A DNA stretch of 43,716 bases from assembly GCA_038128845.1 (NCBI GenBank), contig JAYPKL010000004.1, positions 1-43,716 on the forward strand, given 5' to 3'. The number at the start of each line of letters is the position of its first letter. Position 1 is the first letter of the stretch. The notes below the pieces were generated by a model. The model was given only the letters and a program-made list of their open reading frames with translations, ran no database searches and was not told the DNA's origin. The stretch comes from Candidatus Woesearchaeota archaeon. Lineage in GTDB: Archaea; Nanobdellota; Nanobdellia; UBA10117; ARS21. Shown one piece after another: positions 17,127-26,250 of the stretch. The position numbers and the translations under genes were made by a program.

Positions 17127-17781
17127 ATCGTTCAGTTCTTATTTTTTCTTCTTTAACTCCCAATTCAATAAGATTATCATAAATACTATTTACAAATTCG
17201 GGTGGACCGCAAATGAAATATAATTTAGAATCAATTAAATTTTTAGACAAAAAATCTTTATCAATTCTTGATTCATTGGATGTTATAACATATTTACCTG
17301 AAATATTATTTTTAAAACCTTCATCTAATATTTTTTTACCGATTATATCTTCTTCTTTTCTTTCACTATAAATTAAATTACATTTTATATTATTCTTATT
17401 AGCAAGTTCATACATAGAAAAAAAGGGTGCTATTCCTGTTCCTGCAGCAATAAAATTTATTGAATCAGAATCATTTTCATTCAATACAAATCTTCCGAAT
17501 GGTCCTGAAATATCTAATTCATCTCCTTCTTTTAACTTATTAAAATAACTAGAAAATCTCCCATCTTCATAAATTTTTATAAATAATTTAATTTCATAAA
17601 TATCGTTAGGTGCATTTGCAATTGAATAAGCTCTTGCAGGAATTAATTTATCAAATTTTTCTTTTGGTATTTTAACCATAACAAATTGACCTGATTTGAA
17701 TGGCATATTTTTATCTAATTCCAATACAACTGCTTTAACATTTCGAGTTTCATTCCAAATTTTTCTTATAATTGATTTCAT
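17119..17781 (-). CDS. FAD/NAD(P)-binding oxidoreductase (ferredoxin reductase-like)
   Basis: FKSGQFV, RAYSIA, G.FS, GPFG.F, AAGTGIAP, ICGPP, terminal E.YG. Confidence 0.92.
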   Translation of the reverse strand: MKSIIRKIWNETRNVKAVVLELDKNMPFKSGQFVMVKIPKEKFDKLIPARAYSIANAPNDIYEIKLFIKIYEDGRFSSYFNKLKEGDELDISGPFGRFVLNENDSDSINFIAAGTGIAPFFSMYELANKNNIKCNLIYSERKEEDIIGKKILDEGFKNNISGKYVITSNESRIDKDFLSKNLIDSKLYFICGPPEFVNSIYDNLIELGVKEEKIRTERYG

Positions 17782-17809
17782 ATAAATCTATAATCCGTTT
17801 ATTAATAAA

Positions 17810-18436
17810 TTATATCATATTAATAATTTCATTATGAATTTCATCAATAGATCTAAATTTATTATCTTTCATACAATCTATAACTGCCCAATTTTTATCT
17901 CTTTTTGATAGTTTTATGTAAGATTCTAGAACATTATTTTGATAAACTTTATCGTTCTCATGACCGTCTGTAGAAGATCTACTTAACATATTATTTTCAG
18001 AAACTGAAACTGGAACTTTTAAGAAAATAATTTTATCGGGGTAGGGTAATTTAAAATAATTAAACTCCATATCTTCAATGAATTTTAAAAAATCTTCATG
18101 TAATTCTTTGGGTAATTTAGAAGTTTGATAGGCCATATTAGATTGAGTGTATCTATCGCACAAAACATAATATCCTTTTTCAAGGTAGTTTTTTATTTCA
18201 GATCCAACTTCAAAACGGTCTAGTGCATATAATATTGAAATAAGTTTAGCATCAACTTTTGTAGAATCTCCAAAATCGCCATCTAAATATGATCTTATAA
18301 TCTTTCCAAAAAAAGTAGAATAATTAGGAAATTCATAAGTAATAACTTTTTTACCATCTGATATCAATTTATCTTTAAGTAATTTGGTTTGAGTTTGTTT
18401 ACCGGAACCGTCGATTCCATCAATTACAATAAGCAT
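17810..18436 (-). CDS. tmk: Thymidylate kinase
   Basis: IDGIDGSGKQTQ, LYALDR, CDRY..SNMAYQ. Confidence 0.93.
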   Translation of the reverse strand: MLIVIDGIDGSGKQTQTKLLKDKLISDGKKVITYEFPNYSTFFGKIIRSYLDGDFGDSTKVDAKLISILYALDRFEVGSEIKNYLEKGYYVLCDRYTQSNMAYQTSKLPKELHEDFLKFIEDMEFNYFKLPYPDKIIFLKVPVSVSENNMLSRSSTDGHENDKVYQNNVLESYIKLSKRDKNWAVIDCMKDNKFRSIDEIHNEIINMI

Positions 18437-18487
18437 AGAAAATATATTATTAATTTTATTAAAAACAATTGTTTAATTTAGATTATA

Positions 18488-19372
18488 TCAATTAAAAACA
18501 TCAGATAGATCAGTATACTTAAATTTAAATCCGGAATCCAATAATTTACTTGATTTTACTTTACATCCTATCAAAAATATATCTTGTAATCTTCCAAAAA
18601 CTAATTTTGAAATAAAGTTAGGTATATTTATTTTTATTGTGTTCTTATTTTTTATCGCATTAATAAAATCATCAAATTTTGTGTCTGAATTTGCTGAACA
18701 ATTAATTGGTCCTTTAATTTTATTATTAATAATTGTATACTTTATAATTTCAATCAAATCATCCAAATGTATCCAAGAAAAATTTGGTTTACCATAATTT
18801 ATATTTAAAATAAAACCTAAAAATTTGGTTTTTGAGAATGTTTTAACTATTTTTGAGTCTTTAGTAATAACGGGACTTATTCTTAATGAAACTGAACGTT
18901 TTGACACTTTTTTTATTTTATCTTCCCACTCTATACAAAGTTTTTGTAAATCTGATAAATCTTTATTTAATTTAGAATTCTCTGTATATATTTTTTTAAA
19001 ATCCGACTTATAAATTTGTATTGCGGATGCTGAAATAAATAAATCCATATTGGGTTTTATTTTTTTAATAATTTTTTCTAATGATTTAATTCTTGAATCA
19101 TAAACTTCTTTTCTTCCTTTTTGAGACGAGTAAGAAGTTATACTCTCTCCCATAAGATTTATGAAAATATTTGAATTTTGAACTGAATCTTCGGGAAAAT
19201 CTTGAATCTTATAATTCCATTCAAAATAATTTACTTTATTACCAAATATTTTTTTTGCTTTTAATTTATTTCTTGTAATGATATTAATATAGTATTTTTT
19301 TGATTTAATTAATTCAAAAATTAAATTTTTTCCTACAAATCCCGTTGCACCAGTAATAGTAATAGTTTTCAT
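18488..19372 (-). CDS. NAD-dependent epimerase family (TIGR01777/YfcH-like)
   Basis: ITGATGFVG, INLMGE, YDSRI, ISASA, C.EWE, SWIHLDDL, KLLDSGFKFKY. Confidence 0.88.
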   Translation of the reverse strand: MKTITITGATGFVGKNLIFELIKSKKYYINIITRNKLKAKKIFGNKVNYFEWNYKIQDFPEDSVQNSNIFINLMGESITSYSSQKGRKEVYDSRIKSLEKIIKKIKPNMDLFISASAIQIYKSDFKKIYTENSKLNKDLSDLQKLCIEWEDKIKKVSKRSVSLRISPVITKDSKIVKTFSKTKFLGFILNINYGKPNFSWIHLDDLIEIIKYTIINNKIKGPINCSANSDTKFDDFINAIKNKNTIKINIPNFISKLVFGRLQDIFLIGCKVKSSKLLDSGFKFKYTDLSDVFN

Positions 19373-19409
19373 AAAAATTATATAAACTATATTTAATAAT
19401 ATTTATTAA

Positions 19410-20156
19410 TTATTTATTTTCAATTCTTGGAGCTAATATAAAAGACAATTGACATTGATTTATTGCTCTAAAATCCAACTTAAGCGGATAATCTGAAGAA
19501 AAATTTAACTTAACATCATCAGAGAAAGTTGAAGATTTTGTCATTTTCTTTAAATAATCAATTGAATAAATTGAACTTGAATTTTCCCTTACTTGAAAAT
19601 TATTTAATATTTCTGAAGTTTTATTCATATCAATATCTACTTTTCTTCCAGTATCTCCTGAAAGTAAATTAAAGGTATCTTCATTTGCTCTGAAAGTTAC
19701 AGCATCCCCTACTATAGATGAATCTTCAATAAAGTTTCTAAATTCTATTGCGTTCATTTCAATAGATACATTAAAATCAAGAGATGGAATTTTTCTTTCC
19801 ATTTCCTCATCATCTAATAAAGGTATTGAGAATTTTCTTTTTGAATTTCCAAGAATAGTAACATTTAATCGATTATTTGAATGTGATAAAACTAAGGTCT
19901 CTCCGCTTCTAACTCTTTTTAGGGCTTGCTTCAAAGAATCTAAATTAATTGTAATTTTTGAAGGTTCTGTTACATTATATTCTATGAATGAAGATGGTAA
20001 TATGTTTAATATAACCATGGAAATATTTGCAGGATCCATGGAAACTAATTTTAATCCTTCATTTGTTACATGAAATGTTGCATCGGAGATAAATTCTGAA
20101 ACTATTCCGATAGTATTGTTTAAAATTTTTGTATCATTAACTCTAAGTGTAAACAT
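19410..20156 (-). CDS. pcn: DNA polymerase sliding clamp PCNA
   Basis: SMDPANISMV, YSIDYLKKM, DYPLKL, FILAPRIE; ATG 20156 is 21 nt after TTTATAAA. Confidence 0.96.
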   Translation of the reverse strand: MFTLRVNDTKILNNTIGIVSEFISDATFHVTNEGLKLVSMDPANISMVILNILPSSFIEYNVTEPSKITINLDSLKQALKRVRSGETLVLSHSNNRLNVTILGNSKRKFSIPLLDDEEMERKIPSLDFNVSIEMNAIEFRNFIEDSSIVGDAVTFRANEDTFNLLSGDTGRKVDIDMNKTSEILNNFQVRENSSSIYSIDYLKKMTKSSTFSDDVKLNFSSDYPLKLDFRAINQCQLSFILAPRIENK

Positions 20157-20204
20157 ACACAATCAAACTATTTTGTATTTATAAACATTAATATACTAAA
20201 AACC

Positions 20205-20402
20205 TTAGAAATTTCTAAATAAATTAATTCTTACAATAAATAAGGTTACCAAAATTAATGAAATTCCCATCAAAAATCCTGAAATTGCAAAATTATTCAT
20301 ACCCGGTATAACTAGTGGGTAAGTTTGTGCAAATAAATTGCCTGCTATAAATGTAAGTAATATTGATAAATATAATAATACTTTAGCTAAACCAAATTTC
20401 AT
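20205..20402 (-). CDS. Small two-TM membrane protein
   Basis: Two hydrophobic helices; fills the gap in a co-oriented cluster. Confidence 0.6.
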   Translation of the reverse strand: MKFGLAKVLLYLSILLTFIAGNLFAQTYPLVIPGMNNFAISGFLMGISLILVTLFIVRINLFRNF

Positions 20403-20421
20403 ATATAATTTAAATAAGATA

Positions 20422-20742
20422 TTATAAAATAGTTTCTTTATATAAATCTGAATTTATATTATTAAAATCTTGAATTATATCTGATTGTAATTCTATTTCT
20501 GAACCTTCGCCCCAAACTTTAGCAAGAACTCTTACTTTATCTCCGGAATTTAGCTCATTAAACCTTTCAGAATTATTAGTAATAACGGTAATCTTTGAAT
20601 CGCCATCATCTAGAATAAAACTCATAATCTCAGAATCTTTTGATATAACTGTACCAAAAACGCTAACTGATCTTGTTTCAGAATTTAAATTAGATATTCG
20701 AGTCGGAATAAATGGATATCTTTTATATTCTGTTTCAACCAT
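20422..20742 (-). CDS. OB-fold protein, replication protein A small subunit-like
   Basis: KR.P....I..L, VSVFGTV, LDDG, GDKVRV, DIIQDF...D.LY; start MVETEY at 20742. Confidence 0.75.
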   Translation of the reverse strand: MVETEYKRYPFIPTRISNLNSETRSVSVFGTVISKDSEIMSFILDDGDSKITVITNNSERFNELNSGDKVRVLAKVWGEGSEIELQSDIIQDFNNINSDLYKETIL

Positions 20743-21005
20743 TACGTATATTCTCTCCAAGTATGTTTACATTTAACACATCTAAAAAAAGATGTTTCGG
20801 GTTCATCTGATGCTCTTGTTTGCTCTTCCCAGAAAAAAGCTTTATTATGACCACATTTTGGACAATCTTCGTCAACAGTTGTCATAGTAACTTCATCATT
20901 TGTGCTTGCACCTTCACCTTTTACTTCATGAACAGTTTTTTCTTTTATTTTCACATCTTGTCCAGGTAATTTTATAGAACCGTCTTTATTGAACATATTT
21001 GCCAT
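20742..21005 (-). CDS. tfs: Transcription factor S (TFS), C-terminal zinc ribbon only
   Basis: CPKCGH..A.FW..QTRASDEPET.FFRCVKC.HTWREY; ATG 21005 preferred from TATA spacing. Confidence 0.88.
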   Translation of the reverse strand: MANMFNKDGSIKLPGQDVKIKEKTVHEVKGEGASTNDEVTMTTVDEDCPKCGHNKAFFWEEQTRASDEPETSFFRCVKCKHTWREYT

Positions 21006-21046
21006 AAAAATAATAAAAGAATACATAAATAAAGGTTTCTAAAAAA

Positions 21047-21589
21047 TTAAAATAAATCAACTAAAAGTTTTTTTGGCCATCCTAGTAAAGGTATTTTTGC
21101 AATTGCTCTTCCGATATATTCATCTTGATAAATATATTTTTCATAAGTTAATTGTCTAGAATTATTATCTCCAAGAGTTGAAACATAATCTGAATTTATT
21201 TTTACTACTCGGTGTATTGTTGGTTGATGTCCTGATTTTTTGAAAACAATAACATCTCCTAGTTCTATAGAATCAAAATTATTACCTTTTATTATAATGA
21301 CGTCTCCTGAATTAAATCCATTTTTAAAAATAAAATTTTCAAAGTCTTCAAATAAAATATTATACTCCTCATAAGTGTCTTTTTTAGAATCAAACCAATC
21401 TTCAAATTCATTATCATGTTCCATTGAAGAACTCATTACTGCAACAACAGGCATAGATGTAGATAGAATAGATCCAAATATTGGAAATAAAATAAATTTA
21501 CCAAAAACTAAAATTAAAATTCCTGAAACAATATATGATTCAAGACTCTCTTCTTTCCATAAAAAATTCCAAATTTTTTTTAATTTCAT
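21047..21589 (-). CDS. Signal peptidase I (archaeal Sec11 type)
   Basis: VAV.S.SMEH, GD.II, GDVIVF, IHRVV, T.GDNN, IPLLGW.K. Confidence 0.92.
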   Translation of the reverse strand: MKLKKIWNFLWKEESLESYIVSGILILVFGKFILFPIFGSILSTSMPVVAVMSSSMEHDNEFEDWFDSKKDTYEEYNILFEDFENFIFKNGFNSGDVIIIKGNNFDSIELGDVIVFKKSGHQPTIHRVVKINSDYVSTLGDNNSRQLTYEKYIYQDEYIGRAIAKIPLLGWPKKLLVDLF

Positions 21590-22158
21590 GCTCTTCCCTT
21601 ACTTGAACCAAAGAACATTCCAGATCCAATTATATGTGCAACTCTTAATGGTTCAGGTACTTTACCTATTTTGGTACTTATTTTTAAAACATCTGATGCT
21701 TCGTTTTCCGATATTCCGGCAGTTTGAAAATATACTTTATTTTCATTTAAAGTTGTTTCATATATGGTTCCTGCCTTTCTTATAATTTCGATTCTATCAT
21801 CAATATTTTTTGAATGTAATAAATTTTCAATTTTTTTAATATTAGGCATTCTGTCCATTACTGCAATTACTGGAATTCCTGTACTATTGTTTAATTCATG
21901 AATATCCAAAGTATTTAATCCTCCGAATGTGATTCCATCAGTTAAAATTACGGACAATTGATCAGAAATTTTTGATTTATTTATCATTTTTATAAACTTT
22001 TGAGTAGAATCATTTGAATGCGGACTTATAGTAGTAGACAATAAATTTTCCATATATTTATTTCCTCTAAAAACCACGCCTGCAACAGATATTGGATATC
22101 CTGAAGAATTTGAAGGAAAATCATCTATACCTAAAATTTTGATATCTTCTGAAATCAT
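21586..22158 (-). CDS. DUF99 family (endonuclease V-like) protein
   Basis: ILGIDD, GVVFRG, DGITFGGLN, PVIAV, PEPLRVAHII. Confidence 0.92.
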   Translation of the reverse strand: MISEDIKILGIDDFPSNSSGYPISVAGVVFRGNKYMENLLSTTISPHSNDSTQKFIKMINKSKISDQLSVILTDGITFGGLNTLDIHELNNSTGIPVIAVMDRMPNIKKIENLLHSKNIDDRIEIIRKAGTIYETTLNENKVYFQTAGISENEASDVLKISTKIGKVPEPLRVAHIIGSGMFFGSSKGRA

Positions 22159-22184
22159 AAAAAATATATAATTAATACATTAAA

Positions 22185-22433
22185 TTAATTACTAATTTCT
22201 TTAAATTGTTTTTTTAATTCAGAAACAGCATTATTCCAAACCGTTTTTGCATCAGTTTTTTCAGTTTCTAAAGTAAATATTGCTTCTCCAACTTCTGGAT
22301 GAGTAACTTGGAAACCTGATTTTTTAACAGATTTATCTTCCCAAATTTTCTTATTTATAGCATTTAATAATCCTTGGTCAAAAGGTTTAAACATTAATTT
22401 TATTTTATTTTTTTCAGATAATAGTTTTTCCAT
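22185..22433 (-). CDS. rpoL: RNA polymerase subunit L (Rpo11), divergent
   Basis: LLNAI..., V..SGF...HP motif, size 82 aa, dph2-rpoL-DUF99-tfs-pcn synteny. Confidence 0.8.
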   Translation of the reverse strand: MEKLLSEKNKIKLMFKPFDQGLLNAINKKIWEDKSVKKSGFQVTHPEVGEAIFTLETEKTDAKTVWNNAVSELKKQFKEISN

Positions 22434-22467
22434 TTATTCTAAAAATTTATTAGCTTTATAAATATTT

Positions 22468-23190
22468 CTAATTCTTTAATTCATCAAAGATTTCTCTTAA
22501 TTCTGAACCATTTACAATTGTTTTTGGATATTCGTCTTCAACAATTCTTGGACATGCTGTATTGACATAACAATCTACTTCTGAGAAATTAAGTAAGTCG
22601 TTATTTACAATAGTATCATGTGTTAAAATAATTCCGTCTTTTCCTAATTCTCTTGCTTCTTTTAACATTCTTTTTGCCATGTTTAAATAATATTGTCCTG
22701 GTTTGGTTGAAACTAAAAAACCATAACATTTTGCATGTTTTGCATTATTTTTTCTTATAGCTTGTTTAGAAAAATATCTTCTTTTTCTTTCTTCAGGTAA
22801 TAAATCAACTTTTTTTGTTAAAGGATTTGCTAAGTAAATATCTTTATCTGTAAGATAAGCAAGATTTAGTGGGTGAAATTCACCAGTTCCAAAAAATAAA
22901 AAAACTTCAACATCTTCTTCAACATCTAATGCCGCAGTAGAATCGCAACCCAAAACTTGTCCATCGTGAAAAGAGTATATTCCTTGTTTTGGTACTAAAT
23001 TTCTTGAAGGTTTTCCAACGAACACTTCCTTCCCTTTTTCGGTTAAATAATCTTTAATAAATTTAATATGTCGAATATGTTGCACAGTTGTTACAAGACC
23101 TATTTTAGTTTCTTTAACTTTTTCTATAATTTCGTTTAATAGCGGAGTAAAGTCTTCTTTAATGTATGCTTCAACAAATAATGTTCTCAT
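22468..23190 (-). CDS. dph2: Diphthamide synthesis protein Dph2, domains 2-3
   Basis: IGLVTTVQH, GQVLGCD, G.G.FHPL, STKPGQ, VNTACPRI; lacks domain 1. Confidence 0.92.
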   Translation of the reverse strand: MRTLFVEAYIKEDFTPLLNEIIEKVKETKIGLVTTVQHIRHIKFIKDYLTEKGKEVFVGKPSRNLVPKQGIYSFHDGQVLGCDSTAALDVEEDVEVFLFFGTGEFHPLNLAYLTDKDIYLANPLTKKVDLLPEERKRRYFSKQAIRKNNAKHAKCYGFLVSTKPGQYYLNMAKRMLKEARELGKDGIILTHDTIVNNDLLNFSEVDCYVNTACPRIVEDEYPKTIVNGSELREIFDELKN

Positions 23191-23249
23191 AATTCTTGGT
23201 CAATAATCTGACCTTTTAAATGTTTTCATTAAAAAAAATAAGATTCGAA

Positions 23250-23543
23250 TTAACGAATCTTAGCAAATATTTGAACTGCCATTAAAACAGCTCCAATTAG
23301 AGTTAATAAGAATGCAATTACAACAAAGATTATGTTTATGTATTGAATAGCTTGTTCAAAACCTGCTACTCCTTCTAATCCTGTACCTGTAACTGAACTA
23401 AGTAATAAAAATACTGCACCTGCAGCTATATAACTTAATTCTCTTTTAACTCCGTCAGCATAACCGCTGTATTTTAGTAAAGATAATCCTAAAAGTAATC
23501 CAATACCAATTTCAAGAGTACCTTCCATACCGAACAAAGCCAT
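23250..23543 (-). CDS. Three-TM membrane protein
   Basis: Three Gly/Ala-rich hydrophobic segments. Confidence 0.7.
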   Translation of the reverse strand: MALFGMEGTLEIGIGLLLGLSLLKYSGYADGVKRELSYIAAGAVFLLLSSVTGTGLEGVAGFEQAIQYINIIFVVIAFLLTLIGAVLMAVQIFAKIR

Positions 23544-23572
23544 ATAATATTATATCTTATTTTTTTATATAA

Positions 23573-24535
23573 TTATCTACCATATGATCCGTCTGGCAGA
23601 ATAGTTGGAAATCCGTACTTGGGATTTGTTAATAAATTATAAATTCCTGGGTCTTGATTTTTTACTTTTTCTTTTGTACAAAGTTTCCATTCATGATCTA
23701 TCTCGTTACATCTATTTTCCTGTGCGCCCAAAATCGAAGTCATTGCCCAATAGATATATTCAGTATTCATACAATCATATCTACAAGATTTATCATCATA
23801 AGTATACCATGCGCTTGCCGGATATGATTTTGGTACTGCACTTTGGAAAGAATGTCCATCTTCGATTATTGTACCTTCATTTTCAAAGTGACCTCCTCGG
23901 GCATTATCCATAAGATTTGCTAATTCAGATCCAGAAAATTCTCCAAATACACTCGGATATACTCCTTCATAACCTGTGTCAGTAATTAAATGAAAAATTT
24001 CTTCTAAACTTGCATCAAATCTTGATCCAGATATTATTACTTCCTCTCCGTGTAATTCTGCATATCGATACATCGGAGCATCAGAATCCCATGCATCAGA
24101 ATTTTCTGCTTCTCTATGATTTGCAAACATAATCATTCCTCCTTCTTCTTTTAGTAATTCGTCTAATACGCGGGTATTATCTGGAATGCCGTTTTCATCA
24201 TTATCTAAATATTGTGCCATTATATTCATGGCATGTAATAGTTTATCGTCCGTTACGCCTCTTGTTGCAAAAAAAGGTATACCAAATATTTCACCATATT
24301 TTTCAAAATATGGAATCATTTCCGGATGTTTATTTGGTACTGAAGTTATATCAAAACTTAAATCGTATTTTTTAGTTATTGGTTCTTGATTTGATGAGGC
24401 CATATTAATTTCAAATGAATCTTCATATATGGAATTATTTTCAATTATTATTTCTTCGGAAGTAGTTTTATCTAGATGAATACATCCGCTTAAATAAATT
24501 AATATTAAGAAAAAAAATAATAAAGTCTTATTCAT
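23573..24535 (-). CDS. Secreted lipoprotein-like protein with zincin-like motif
   Basis: Lipobox-like LSGC; QYLDNDENGIPDN loop; LEEIFHLI and downstream TEY.YW. Confidence 0.65.
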   Translation of the reverse strand: MNKTLLFFFLILIYLSGCIHLDKTTSEEIIIENNSIYEDSFEINMASSNQEPITKKYDLSFDITSVPNKHPEMIPYFEKYGEIFGIPFFATRGVTDDKLLHAMNIMAQYLDNDENGIPDNTRVLDELLKEEGGMIMFANHREAENSDAWDSDAPMYRYAELHGEEVIISGSRFDASLEEIFHLITDTGYEGVYPSVFGEFSGSELANLMDNARGGHFENEGTIIEDGHSFQSAVPKSYPASAWYTYDDKSCRYDCMNTEYIYWAMTSILGAQENRCNEIDHEWKLCTKEKVKNQDPGIYNLLTNPKYGFPTILPDGSYGR

Positions 24536-24558
24536 AAAGGATAATTAAATAATCGTTA

Positions 24559-24825
24559 TTAATCTTTTTTATTATATGCAAATGCATGGCCTACTGCAAC
24601 CATTAAATCATATTCTTTTGGTAAATTTGTTGGAACGTCACAAGCACCGAAATTTGAACCTGCCCAAACAGTAACTGTACATCCTGTTTTTTCTTCAATA
24701 ATTTTACTAAGTTCAACAGCATTCATTTTAATACCGTCGGGAAGCTGAAGAATAATATTTTTAGCATCGATTTTTTTAGCCTCATCGATAATTCTGTCAA
24801 TTTCAATGTCATATTTATTTAACAT
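24559..24825 (-). CDS. dph2: Diphthamide synthesis protein Dph2, domain 1
   Basis: YDIE..RI, ILQLPDGIK, NFGACDVP, VAVGH; ATG 24825 fits TATA spacing. Confidence 0.9.
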   Translation of the reverse strand: MLNKYDIEIDRIIDEAKKIDAKNIILQLPDGIKMNAVELSKIIEEKTGCTVTVWAGSNFGACDVPTNLPKEYDLMVAVGHAFAYNKKD

Positions 24826-24859
24826 AAAACTAACCATCTTAATGGCATTATAAATCTTA

Positions 24860-25153
24860 CTAATCGAAAGAAAGTGGATCTTTTTGATCTGTTATTTCTT
24901 GGCCATCAATTCTACCGTCTCCATCGGTATCTTGTATTACTTTATTTGTTCCGTAAATATCTTCACAATAATCAGGTAAATTATCGGAATCAGTATCAGT
25001 ATATCCTGAAAAAGTTGATGTATCTCCGCAATCTATTAATTCACCTGTAAACAGTCCAGTATTTGAAAAAGAGAATAAAAATAATGCCAGTGTAATTAAT
25101 CCAATAGAAATATAAACAAATTCTTTATTTTTATCTTTATTTTTTTTTGGCAT
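24860..25153 (-). CDS. Membrane-anchored protein with Ca-binding (TSP3-like) repeats
   Basis: N-terminal TM; DTDSDNLPDYCE..GT and DTDGDGRIDGQE...DPL. Confidence 0.75.
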   Translation of the reverse strand: MPKKNKDKNKEFVYISIGLITLALFLFSFSNTGLFTGELIDCGDTSTFSGYTDTDSDNLPDYCEDIYGTNKVIQDTDGDGRIDGQEITDQKDPLSFD

Positions 25154-25210
25154 ATATAAATATTAATTATTAATATATAAAGTTTTTATAATAATAAATA
25201 TTCAATTAAT

Positions 25211-25963
25211 ATGGTGCTTGAAAAAATTGTTAATATAACTGAAGTAGAGCATAAACCCAGTAAAACTCTGTTTTATTCAATAATAATTACTTTGGTATCA
25301 ATATTGATTGGTTATAGAGTTTTTGAGAGTAGCCCAGGTTTTGCGGCATTATCTTTCATTGTAATTGGATCTTTACCGTTCATAAGAAAATTAATTGAAA
25401 TTGAAGAAATTGAAGAAGCAAATGCAAGTAATTGGAAAATTGCTTTGAAACGTAATAGACCTACAGTCGAAATATTATTTTTCTTTTTTTTGGGTGTTTC
25501 AATAACATATTATTTAATATCCGTATTTTTACCGAATTTTGGTGAAATATTATTCTCAGAACAAAACAAAGTATTTTCGGGAGCCATTTCACACTCACTT
25601 GAATCAACATCCTTATTACCTATAATTAAAAATAATCTTTCTATCATAATATTAGCAATTCTATTATCTTTACTTTACGGTTCTGGATCAATTTTTGTAA
25701 TTTCATGGAATGCTTCAGTATTGGGTACATTTTTAGCATCAAAAGGATTAACAAATGCATTATTATATATCCCTCACGCATCTCTGGAATTTTTTGGATT
25801 TTTTATGGCAGCATTAGCAGGTTCATTAATCTCTGAAGCAATAGAAAAACATGACTATTCAGGAAATCATTTCAAAAACATTCTTAAAGACTCAACAATG
25901 CTAACTCTATTATCTGTAACTCTTATAATAATTGCAGCATATGTTGAGGTAGCCGTATTATGA
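25211..25963 (+). CDS. Stage II sporulation protein M (DUF95) family membrane protein
   Basis: I.NN, YG.G.IF...WNASV.G, PH..LE, AAYVE. Confidence 0.88.
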   Translation: MVLEKIVNITEVEHKPSKTLFYSIIITLVSILIGYRVFESSPGFAALSFIVIGSLPFIRKLIEIEEIEEANASNWKIALKRNRPTVEILFFFFLGVSITYYLISVFLPNFGEILFSEQNKVFSGAISHSLESTSLLPIIKNNLSIIILAILLSLLYGSGSIFVISWNASVLGTFLASKGLTNALLYIPHASLEFFGFFMAALAGSLISEAIEKHDYSGNHFKNILKDSTMLTLLSVTLIIIAAYVEVAVL

Positions 25964-26250
25964 AATTAATAACTGAAAAAAAATTAAATGATTATCATAA
26001 AACTACAAAAAAAGCTCTATCCAAAGTAAAAATTGAAAAAAATTTAACAAAAAAAGATCAGAAAACAGCAAATATATACTTAGATATGGCAAAAAACTAT
26101 TATTCTGATTCTTTATATTTTAAAAAACAAAAAGATTTTGTAAATTCTTTTGCAGCAGTTAATTATGCTCATGCATGGTTAGATGCTGGAGCAATAATAG
26201 GATTGTTTGATGTAGAAAAAGATAATATATTATTTACCGTTGATTCTTGA
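25960..26250 (+). CDS. DUF357 domain protein
   Basis: LDMAKNYYSDS.YF...D.VN.FAAVNYAHAWLDAG...G. Confidence 0.93.
   Translation: MKLITEKKLNDYHKTTKKALSKVKIEKNLTKKDQKTANIYLDMAKNYYSDSLYFKKQKDFVNSFAAVNYAHAWLDAGAIIGLFDVEKDNILFTVDS

Noticed and set aside
23191-24558. Mobile element interrupting dph2
   Set aside because: No transposase, integrase, terminal inverted repeats or target duplication seen; both halves have their own start, stop and TATA
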